Shown: positions 39,281-49,436 of the stretch, one piece after another | Layout: each line of letters opens with the position of its first letter | Position numbering within the stretch: the stretch's first letter is position 1 | Assembly (NCBI GenBank): GCA_947470105.1 | Contig: CANISR010000002.1 | Location: 1,583-65,582 of the forward strand | Direction of reading: 5' to 3' | DNA: 64,000 bases | Source: Fidelibacterota bacterium | GTDB lineage: Bacteria > Pseudomonadota > Alphaproteobacteria > Rhodospirillales > Rhodospirillaceae | Notes under the pieces: model-generated | What the model was told of the DNA's origin: nothing | Databases searched by the model: none | Seen by the model: the letters and a program-made list of their open reading frames with translations, nothing else | Position numbers and translations under genes: made by a program

Positions 39281-40045
39281 CTAAATGCGCCAGCCCGAGT
39301 GAATCGCGGCGACGCCGCCGGTGAGATTGCGAAAGCGCACCTCGCGCAAGCCGGCCTCCTGCATCAAGCCCACCAGGGCCTTCTGCGGCGGGAACTTGCG
39401 GATGCTCTCGGCGAGATAGCTGTAAGCCTCGCGGTTGCCGGCGATAACGCCGCCCAGCCACGGCAGCACAGTAAAGGAATAGGCGTCGTAGATTTTATCC
39501 AAGGGCGCCACCGCCACCTGGCTGAACTCCAGGCAGAAGAATCGCCCGCCCGGCTTCAGCACCCGGCGCGCTTCCGCCAGGGCCTTGGGAATCTCGGTCA
39601 CATTGCGCAGGCCGAAGGCGATGGTATAGGCGTCGAAGCTCATGTCCGGGAACGGCAGCGCCTGGGCGTCGCCGCAGTTCCACGACAGCTCCTTGATCAT
39701 GCCCCGGTCCAGGGCCCGGTTTCGGCCCACGCCCAGCATCTCGGCATTGATGTCGCAAACGGTCACGGGCTTGGCGCTGGCCGCGTCCCGGCCGATTTCA
39801 TCGATAATGCGAAAGGCGATATCGCCGGTGCCGCCGGCCACATCCAGAAAGGCCTCGCCCGGCTTCGGCGCCAGAGCCTGGATCAGCGCACGCTTCCACA
39901 GGCGATGAATGCCGCCGCTCATGAGGTCGTTCATGAGATCGTATTTGGGCGCGACCGCATCGAACACGCCGCGCACCAGCCCCGCCTTCTCGCCGGCGTC
40001 TACCGTCCGAAAGCCGAAATGGGTTTTTTCCGTTTGCTCGCTCAT
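39281..40045 (-). CDS. ubiE: ubiquinone/menaquinone biosynthesis C-methyltransferase
   Basis: [18 protein letters not shown] and LDVAGGTGD motifs. Confidence 0.93.
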   Translation of the reverse strand: MSEQTEKTHFGFRTVDAGEKAGLVRGVFDAVAPKYDLMNDLMSGGIHRLWKRALIQALAPKPGEAFLDVAGGTGDIAFRIIDEIGRDAASAKPVTVCDINAEMLGVGRNRALDRGMIKELSWNCGDAQALPFPDMSFDAYTIAFGLRNVTEIPKALAEARRVLKPGGRFFCLEFSQVAVAPLDKIYDAYSFTVLPWLGGVIAGNREAYSYLAESIRKFPPQKALVGLMQEAGLREVRFRNLTGGVAAIHSGWRI

Positions 40046-40109
40046 GGGCGGACCATAGTCGAATGACCGCTTAAAGACTATGAAGGGGTTACATATTTAG
40101 AGAGCGGCC

Positions 40110-40940
40110 ATGCCTGAACTGCCAGAGGTTGAAACCGTTTGCCGCGGGCTTGCGCCGGTGCTGGAAGGCCGCGTCCTGACGCGCCTGACTTTGCGCCGCC
40201 GCGACCTCAGGATTCCCTTCCCCAAAGACCTGGTGGCCCGGACCGAGGGGCAACGGGTGGCGCGGATTTTCCGCCGCGCCAAATATATTGTCATGGCGCT
40301 GGAAGGCGGCGACGCCCTCATTGCCCATCTCGGCATGTCCGGGCGCATGCAGGTAGTGAAGGACAAAACCACGCCGTTGGAGACCCACGACCACGTGATC
40401 TTCACCACCGACACCGGCGTTGAGGTGCGGTTTAACGATCCGCGCCGGTTTGGCCTGCTCACCATCACCCCGCTGGCGGAGCTCGAGTCTCACAAACTGT
40501 TCCGCCACCTCGGCCCCGATCCCCTCACCGACGCTTTCACCCCGGCTTTGCTTTCAGCGGCGCTCAAAGGCCGCAAGACCTCCATCAAGGCCGCCCTGCT
40601 CGATCAGCGGCTGGTGGTCGGAGTCGGCAATATCTATGCCTGCGAGAGCCTCTACCTCGCGGGCATTTCACCCAAACGGAAGGCGGGCACGGTGGCGGGG
40701 GCCAGGGCCGCCGCCCTGGTGCCGGCGATCCGCAAGGTGCTGAAGCAGGCTATCGCCGCCGGGGGCTCGTCTTTGCGCGATCATGTCCAGCCCTCAGGGG
40801 AGCTGGGTTACTTTCAGCACGCCTGGAAGGTCTATGGCCGCGAGGGCGAATCCTGCGCCTGCGGGACCCGCAAAGGCGTGGTGAAACGCATCGTCCAGGG
40901 GGGGCGGTCGACCTTTTTTTGCCCGGAGTGCCAGACATAG
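40110..40940 (+). CDS. mutM: formamidopyrimidine-DNA glycosylase
   Basis: MPELPEVE N-terminus, H2TH region, C-terminal CxxC...CxxC zinc finger (CACG...CPECQ). Confidence 0.93.
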   Translation: MPELPEVETVCRGLAPVLEGRVLTRLTLRRRDLRIPFPKDLVARTEGQRVARIFRRAKYIVMALEGGDALIAHLGMSGRMQVVKDKTTPLETHDHVIFTTDTGVEVRFNDPRRFGLLTITPLAELESHKLFRHLGPDPLTDAFTPALLSAALKGRKTSIKAALLDQRLVVGVGNIYACESLYLAGISPKRKAGTVAGARAAALVPAIRKVLKQAIAAGGSSLRDHVQPSGELGYFQHAWKVYGREGESCACGTRKGVVKRIVQGGRSTFFCPECQT

Positions 40941-41014
40941 GTGCCGCCACCCTCGGCGCTACCAGGAATGCGGGAAACCCAAGGCCACGGCCCGTTCCCC
41001 TGGCCTCCCGCCCG

Positions 41015-41043
41015 TTGACGTTCCGGGCGGCATCTCTTATAAG
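41015..41043 (+). promoter_or_regulatory. near-consensus sigma-70 promoter upstream of rpsT
   Basis: TTGACG (41015-41020), 17-bp spacer, TATAAG (41038-41043). About 77 nt upstream of the rpsT ATG. Confidence 0.5.
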
Positions 41044-41119
41044 CCCCGCTTCCATTGAGAAGTTTTGACATTAAGGCCCTCCGGCCAGAGCCGGCCGGCA
41101 CCAGCACGAGTGAAAGTCC

Positions 41120-41386
41120 ATGGCGCAACATAAGTCTGCAAAAAAACGTATCCGTCGCAACGAGCGCGCCGCGGGCGTCAACCATTCGCGCCTGAACCGG
41201 ATCCGCACCAACGTGAAGGCGCTCGAAGCTGCCATCGCGTCGGGTGACAAGGCCGCCGCCCAGGCCGCCTTCAAGAAGGTGATGCCGGAACTGATGCGCG
41301 GCGCCGCCAAGGGCGTAGTGCACAAGAAGACCGCGTCGCGGAAACTGTCTCGCCTCTCGGCGCGCATCAAGGGCATCGCCGCGTAA
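41120..41386 (+). CDS. rpsT: 30S ribosomal protein S20
   Basis: [16 protein letters not shown] start. 88 aa, basic helical protein. Confidence 0.95.
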   Translation: MAQHKSAKKRIRRNERAAGVNHSRLNRIRTNVKALEAAIASGDKAAAQAAFKKVMPELMRGAAKGVVHKKTASRKLSRLSARIKGIAA

Positions 41387-41399
41387 TAGCGGCGCCCTT

Positions 41400-41455
41400 C
41401 TGCGGACTCGCTTAAGCGAGTCCGCAGGGTCGCTTAAGGCGACTCTGTTTCTTAC
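41400..41455 (+). terminator. rpsT intrinsic terminator (tandem hairpins plus T-rich tail)
   Basis: CTGCGGACTCGC-ttaa-GCGAGTCCGCAG (12-bp perfect stem, 41400-41427), then GTCGC-ttaag-GCGAC followed by TCTGTTTCTT. Confidence 0.65.
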
Positions 41456-42238
41456 AAATCTCCAATCCGAAATTTTGAGGCGCTCTCCTATGGGAGCGTC
41501 GCGAGTCTTGCGCTGTCCGCAAGATGTCGGACGACATGCGCTGATTTTTGTCACCGCTTTTATCGAGGCAGAAATATTCCTGCGGGCCAAAGCGAGCGCG
41601 GAGATATTTTGTGGCGAGTCCCCGAGTCACGGAGATGAAGCTCTGCGAGGCCCCCACAATTCACATTGAATCAGCGTCGGGTAGCGCAAAATTGTTTCAA
41701 CTGAAAACGCATCGTGACCGGATTTAGCTGAATCACTGTCAAGCCATCTTTGCCCTTGTCTCACTCATGGCGCGGCTTAAATTGGTGCTCGCGCTTCACC
41801 TCGTGGACACCCGCGAAACTCCGGAGCGCGCAAACAATCAGGACGAACCGCACACACCACAAAGAGCTGCTGTGATTTGATCAGCTCTCGCGAAAAACCT
41901 CTGCATGAAATGCATGATGGCGCGAGACGGCGGATTGAAACGGTGCGCGACTATTGAAGAAATTTTTTTGCGCGGTTTTTTCCAAGCTTACTTTTTATGC
42001 TTACTTTCTAAGCGGGGGCGGCGTGAATTCGGCAACCAAGCGCGCTGAAGAACGTTGATAGCGGGGCGGCGCGCGGGCATTCGCCGGATATCAAGGGGCG
42101 ATCACTAAAAGCGACCAAGACTTAAAAGGGCTGGAACGCCCACCCCGTCGTCGATGGGGCTGACGTTCCGGCGTGAAGATGTGTTGCGGCAACGGCCCGG
42201 TATTTTGACCGGGGCCGGGTTACAGGGGATGAGGCAGC

Positions 42239-43681
42239 GTGAAGCGAGTCGACGAAGCAGCCGTCAACCAGGCTGAGTGGGACCGGGTCAAAACCCGCCT
42301 CAAGCAGGAATTCGGCGAATCCGCTTTCAAGAGCTGGGTGATTCCCATCACCGCCACCGCGCTGCGCGACGGCGAGGTCGAGCTGTCGGTACCAACGCGT
42401 TTCATGCGCGACTGGATCACCACCCATTATGCCGAACGGATTCGCGCCTTGTGGAGCGGCGAAAATCCGGGCGTGCGCAAAGTGACTTTGAAGGTCGAAA
42501 CGGGGAAAGTCGAAGCCGGCAAAACCGAAGCGATGAAAGCCGAAGCGAAAGTGGACGCGCCCGCGAAGGCGCCCAGCGCCAGCGCCGCCGCGCGCATGGT
42601 CGCAGCCCGGCCCATGCCGGCTGGCTTCATGACCTCGCCCGCGCCGGCAGGCACGGACCTCTCGGCGCCCCTCGACGCGCGCTATGTGTTCGAAAATTTC
42701 GTCGTCGGTAAGCCGAACGAATTCGCTTACGCCGCCGCCAAGCGCGTGGCCGAATCCGACCAGGTCAGCTTCAACCCGCTGTTCCTCTACGGCGGCGTCG
42801 GCCTGGGCAAGACCCATCTCATGCATGCGATCGCCTGGGAAATCCGCACCCGTACGCCCCATCGCAAGGTGGTCTACCTGTCGGCGGAAAAATTCATGTA
42901 CAGCTTTGTCCGCGCCCTGCGGAACCAGGACACGGTCTCCTTCAAGGAGCAGTTCCGCTCGGTTGACGTGCTGATGATCGACGACGTCCAGTTCATCGCC
43001 GGCAAGGACGCCACCCAGGAAGAGTTCTTCCACACTTTCAACGCCCTGGTGGACCAGGGCCGCCAGATCGTGCTGTCGGCGGACAAGTCGCCCTCGAGCC
43101 TGGAAGAAATCGGCGACCGCCTGCGCTCCCGCCTGGGCCAGGGCCTGGTGGCCGACCTGCACCCCACCACATTCGAGCTGCGCCTGGGCATTCTCGATGC
43201 CAAGGCCGAACAGCTCGGCGTCCAGGTGCCCCAGCGGGTGAAGGAGTTCCTCGCCCACAAGATCACCTCCAATGTCCGCGAGCTGGAAGGCGCTTTGACC
43301 CGCCTCGTGGCCCACGCCCAACTGGTGGGCGGCGCGCTCACCCTGGAAACCACCCAGGACCTGCTCCAGGACCTGCTCCGGGCCCACGACCGCCGCCTGA
43401 CCATGGAAGAGATCCAGAAGCGGGTGGCCGAACATTTCAAGATCCGGGTCTCGGACATGAGCTCGGCGCGTCGGTCCCGCGCCGTGGCCCGCCCCCGCCA
43501 GGTGGCCATGTACCTCTCGAAGCAGCTCACCTCCCGCTCGCTGCCGGAAATCGGCCGGGCCTTCGGCGGCCGCGACCATACGACCGTGATGCATGCGGTG
43601 CGTAAGATCGAGGAACTGGTGAAGCTCGACAGCGCGTTCGCGGAAGACGTCGAGCTTCTGACGCGGATGCTTGAGAGCTAG
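42239..43681 (+). CDS. dnaA: chromosomal replication initiator protein DnaA
   Basis: 480 aa, GTG start. Walker A GGVGLGKTHL, AAA+ body, C-terminal DNA-binding domain (RDHTTVMHAVRKI). Confidence 0.97.
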   Translation: MKRVDEAAVNQAEWDRVKTRLKQEFGESAFKSWVIPITATALRDGEVELSVPTRFMRDWITTHYAERIRALWSGENPGVRKVTLKVETGKVEAGKTEAMKAEAKVDAPAKAPSASAAARMVAARPMPAGFMTSPAPAGTDLSAPLDARYVFENFVVGKPNEFAYAAAKRVAESDQVSFNPLFLYGGVGLGKTHLMHAIAWEIRTRTPHRKVVYLSAEKFMYSFVRALRNQDTVSFKEQFRSVDVLMIDDVQFIAGKDATQEEFFHTFNALVDQGRQIVLSADKSPSSLEEIGDRLRSRLGQGLVADLHPTTFELRLGILDAKAEQLGVQVPQRVKEFLAHKITSNVRELEGALTRLVAHAQLVGGALTLETTQDLLQDLLRAHDRRLTMEEIQKRVAEHFKIRVSDMSSARRSRAVARPRQVAMYLSKQLTSRSLPEIGRAFGGRDHTTVMHAVRKIEELVKLDSAFAEDVELLTRMLES

Positions 43682-43860
43682 CGAACGCGCCCTTCTAAAG
43701 ACTAGGCGGGCTTCGCCCGCCGGGCGTTCGCGGAAGACGTCGAGCTTCTGACCCGGATGCTTGAGAGCTAGCGAACGCGCCCTTCTAAAGACTAGGCGGG
43801 CTTTGCCCGCCGGGCGTTCGCGGAAGACGTCGAGCTTCTGACCCGGATGCTCGAGAGCTG
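43634..43860. repeat. 90-bp tandem repeat x2.5 spanning the dnaA 3' end and its downstream hairpin
   Basis: GCGTTCGCGGAAGACGTCGAGC recurs at 43634, 43724 and 43814. Units 1 and 2 differ at 2 of 90 positions. Each full unit contains the last 16 dnaA codons, TAG and GGCGGGCTTCGCCCGCC. Confidence 0.9.
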
Positions 43861-44000
43861 ATCAGGTCGGGCGGGGCGTATTTGCCCCCTGGTAGCCCCT
43901 CTACCTATTGCTATACTCGCTGCCCTTCCGTGGCACGGATGGGGTCTGAAGCCGTGCCACGAGGGCCTAAACTTCAGCGCCTTTCCGAGATATCGCACAC

Positions 44001-45119
44001 ATGAAACTGATCATCGAACGCGCCGCACTTCTCAAGTCCTTGGGCCATGTGCAGAGCGTGGTGGAACGGCGCAACACCATCCCGATCCTGTCCAACGTGC
44101 GCATCGACGCCGCCAAGGGGGCCTTGTCCCTCAACGCCACCGACATGGACATCGAGATCACCGAGTCCACCAGCGCCGAGGTCGGCAAAGGCGGCGCCAC
44201 GACCGCGCCCGCCCACACCCTCTATGACATCGTGCGCAAGCTTCCGGACGGCGCCCAGGTGGAGATCAACGCCTCGGGCGACGGCGGACAGATCTCGCTC
44301 GCGGCCGGCCGCTCGCGCTTCAGCCTGGCCTGCCTGCCGGTGGAAGACTTCCCGGCCATGGCCGGCGGCGACTTCTCACACACCTTCTCCATCGGTGCGG
44401 CCGACCTGCGCGGCCTTATCGACCGCACGCGCTTTGCCATCTCGACGGAAGAGACCCGCTATTACCTGAACGGCATCTACATCCACGCCACCAAGAGCGA
44501 AGGCGTCGCGGTGTTGCGCGCCGTCGCTACCGACGGCCACCGCCTGGCCCGTGTGGAACTGCCGCTGCCCAAGGGTGCGGCGTCCATGCCCGGCGTCATC
44601 GTGCCGCGCAAAGCCGTGGTGGAAGTGCGCAAGCTGATCGAGGAAACCGAAGGCGAAATCACCATTTCCCTGTCGGACGCCAAGATCAAATTCGCCTTCG
44701 ACAACGTGGCGCTGACGTCGAAACTCATCGACGGCACCTTCCCCGACTACGAGCGCGTGATCCCCACCGGCAACGACAAGGTGCTGGAAGCCGAGCGTAA
44801 ACCGCTGTTCGACGCGGTCGACCGCGTCTCGGCCATCAGCTCGGAGAAGTCGCGCTCCATCAAGATGATGTGCGAAAAGGGCCTCATCACCCTGTCGGCG
44901 TCCAGCCCTGAAGCCGGCAGCGCCAGCGAAGAAGTGGAAGCCCGCTATACCGCGAGCACCATCGAGATCGGCTTCAACTCGCGCTATCTGCTCGAGATCC
45001 TGGGCCAGATCGAGGGCGACGCCGCCCGCTTCACCATGGCGGACGCGGCCTCGCCGACGGTGATCCGCGACGTGGCCGACGGTTCGGCCATGTACGTGCT
45101 GATGCCGATGCGGGTGTGA
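44001..45119 (+). CDS. dnaN: DNA polymerase III subunit beta
   Basis: 372 aa. MKLIIERAALLKSLGHVQSVVERRNTIPILSNV start and three-domain sliding-clamp pattern. Confidence 0.97.
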   Translation: MKLIIERAALLKSLGHVQSVVERRNTIPILSNVRIDAAKGALSLNATDMDIEITESTSAEVGKGGATTAPAHTLYDIVRKLPDGAQVEINASGDGGQISLAAGRSRFSLACLPVEDFPAMAGGDFSHTFSIGAADLRGLIDRTRFAISTEETRYYLNGIYIHATKSEGVAVLRAVATDGHRLARVELPLPKGAASMPGVIVPRKAVVEVRKLIEETEGEITISLSDAKIKFAFDNVALTSKLIDGTFPDYERVIPTGNDKVLEAERKPLFDAVDRVSAISSEKSRSIKMMCEKGLITLSASSPEAGSASEEVEARYTASTIEIGFNSRYLLEILGQIEGDAARFTMADAASPTVIRDVADGSAMYVLMPMRV

Positions 45120-46330
45120 AGGCAGAACCTCCACACCCTTCACCCGATCCTACGGCCGCTGCCCCTGTGGCGAAGATCGGCATTACCCGCCTCACCCTCA
45201 CCGATTTCCGTTCCTACGGCTATCTGCGGCTCGATACGGACACGCGGCCCGTGGTCATCTGCGGGCGTAACGGCGCGGGCAAGACCAATCTCCTTGAAGC
45301 GCTCTCCTTCCTGGCGCCGGGCCGGGGCTTGCGCGGCGCGCGGCTCTCGGATGTGGGCCGGAACGCCCGCGTGTCCGAGGGCCTGACGGCGGCTCATGTG
45401 CCATGGGGCGTTGCCGGGCAACTCTCCACACCCCATGGTGCGATAGACCTCGGCACCGGCCTCGCCGCCGGCGGCGGTGAGCGCCGGACAGTCAAAATCA
45501 ACGGACAGCCCGCCAAGGGCGCAGGCGCGCTTGCGACGCACCTGGGCATCGTCTGGCTTACGCCGGCCATGGACCGGCTGTTCCTGGAAGGCCCGGCCGG
45601 GCGGCGCAAATTCCTCGACCGCCTGGTTACGGCCTTTGACGCCGACCACGCCGGGCGCATTGCCGCCTATGACCACGCTTACCGGCAGCGCCTGCGCCTG
45701 CTCAAAACCGGCGGCGGCGACCCGGCTTGGTTCGCGGCCCTTGAGGACACTATGGCCCGCCACGGCGTGGCCCTGGCGGCGGGGCGCTGCGATCTGGTGG
45801 GCCGTTTGAGCCGGGAACTGGCCGGCAACCGCGCCAGCCCCTTTCCGGCAGCGACCCTGGCCCTGGTGGGCGCCATCGACGCCTGGCTGCAGGAGATGCC
45901 CGCGGTGGATGCCGAGGACGCCGTGCGCCGCAGCCTCTGGGATGAACGCCGGGGTATCAGTGGCGCCGGCGCGGGGCCGCATCGCTCAGATCTCGGCGTG
46001 GCGATGGTCGCGCCCGGCCATGCCTCTCACGGCCAGCCGGCGGCTTTGTGCTCCACCGGCGAGCAGAAAGCCCTGCTGATCGCCATCCTGTTCGCGGCGG
46101 CGCGGTTGCAGCGGGCCAAGCGGGGGCACGCGCCGGTGTTGCTGCTGGACGAAATCGCGGCCCATCTCGACAAGGACCGCCGCGCCGCACTGTTCGCGGA
46201 AATCCTGGCACTCGGCGCCCAAGCCTGGATGACCGGCACCGATATGGGCGTGTTTCGCGAGCTCGGTGACTCAGCCCAGTTTCTCACCGCCGAAAACGGC
46301 GATTTAGGGCCCGAAAAAAGCCCTGTTTGA
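45116..46330 (+). CDS. recF: DNA replication and repair protein RecF
   Basis: GTG start overlapping the dnaN stop (GTGTGA). LTDFRSY, Walker A GRNGAGKTNLLEA, signature-like STGEQKALL, Walker B VLLLDEI. About 20-aa N-terminal extension. Confidence 0.93.
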   Translation: MKAEPPHPSPDPTAAAPVAKIGITRLTLTDFRSYGYLRLDTDTRPVVICGRNGAGKTNLLEALSFLAPGRGLRGARLSDVGRNARVSEGLTAAHVPWGVAGQLSTPHGAIDLGTGLAAGGGERRTVKINGQPAKGAGALATHLGIVWLTPAMDRLFLEGPAGRRKFLDRLVTAFDADHAGRIAAYDHAYRQRLRLLKTGGGDPAWFAALEDTMARHGVALAAGRCDLVGRLSRELAGNRASPFPAATLALVGAIDAWLQEMPAVDAEDAVRRSLWDERRGISGAGAGPHRSDLGVAMVAPGHASHGQPAALCSTGEQKALLIAILFAAARLQRAKRGHAPVLLLDEIAAHLDKDRRAALFAEILALGAQAWMTGTDMGVFRELGDSAQFLTAENGDLGPEKSPV

Positions 46331-46387
46331 GGGCGACTTTCAGGGCCAATTATCGTGCAAAAATCGCTCAAACACCTTATCTTATAA

Positions 46388-48925
<2,538 letters not shown>

Positions 48926-48930
48926 GGCGT

Positions 48931-49257
48931 TTACTCTTTAGGCACCGACAACTGCACGCGGTCCTCGGTGTCCTGGAGGGCCGCGACGGTCTGCATGTGA
49001 TCTTCCCAATTGTCGGCGAACTCACCCAGGGCCTGGACGATCAGCGCGTCCAGGCTCTTGCCCATTTTGCTCGCCAGCATGCGCAGGCGGGCTTCGAGCG
49101 CCGGGTTGGTCTTGATCACGAGGCCGGCGGGTCTGGCCGCCGCTTTCTTCGGCGCGGCTTTTTTCCGCGGCGCCGCTTTTGTCACAGGCTTGGCGGCCGG
49201 TTTGGCTTTCTTATTCTTGGTCTTGGTTTTAGGTGAAGCCTTACGCTTGGCCGCCAT
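48931..49257 (-). CDS. small ribbon-helix-helix-like protein with Lys/Ala/Pro-rich N-terminal tail
   Basis: 108 aa from the ATG at 49257. Residues 1-45 are K/A/P-rich (17 K/R). Residues about 46-85 (LVIKTNPALEARLRMLASKMGKSLDALIVQALGEFAD) fit a beta-helix-turn-helix RHH/CopG pattern. Family call is by eye only. Confidence 0.5.
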   Translation of the reverse strand: MAAKRKASPKTKTKNKKAKPAAKPVTKAAPRKKAAPKKAAARPAGLVIKTNPALEARLRMLASKMGKSLDALIVQALGEFADNWEDHMQTVAALQDTEDRVQLSVPKE

Positions 49258-49436
49258 GACAGGTTTTCCCTCTGCACTTTCAACATAAGTCCCATGCCGC
49301 GAAAGCGTGAAGAATCTCGCGGCGGACGCCCTTAAACCGCCGTATTTAACCGGCAGAACCGCAATCATCCTAGCGCCATCTTAAAGTTTTCGATTTTAAG
49401 ATTCGCGTGGATCAATCCCGGGGGACTATCAGCGTC

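Noticed and set aside
37193-40066. 957-aa plus-strand ORF, the longest in the track
   Set aside because: It is antisense to three minus-strand genes with unambiguous family motifs (GST, UbiB, UbiE). Its product is R/G/A/H/Q-rich low-complexity sequence with no motifs. This is the typical stop-poor antisense frame of a high-GC genome.
41387-42238. Confident oriC call in the rpsT-dnaA spacer
   Set aside because: No 9-mer better than about 6/9 to TTATCCACA was found by eye. There is no TTAA-N7-TTAA CtrA box and no clear 13-mer-type unwinding repeats. In many alphaproteobacteria oriC is not next to dnaA. Kept as a regulatory-region finding only.
42122-43594. 490-aa minus-strand ORF opposite dnaA
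   Set aside because: dnaA on the plus strand is certain (Walker A, AAA+ body, DNA-binding domain). The antisense frame is a GC artefact.
43930-43945. Sigma-54 promoter suggested by TGGCAC in the dnaN leader
   Set aside because: The required -12 element (TTGC about 5 nt downstream) is absent (TGGCACGGATGGGGTC). TGGCAC is simply part of the hairpin arm.
43792-43998. 68-aa minus-strand ORF in the dnaA-dnaN spacer
   Set aside because: It overlaps the repeat array and the dnaN leader hairpin. There is no SD, and the sequence is Arg-rich with no features.
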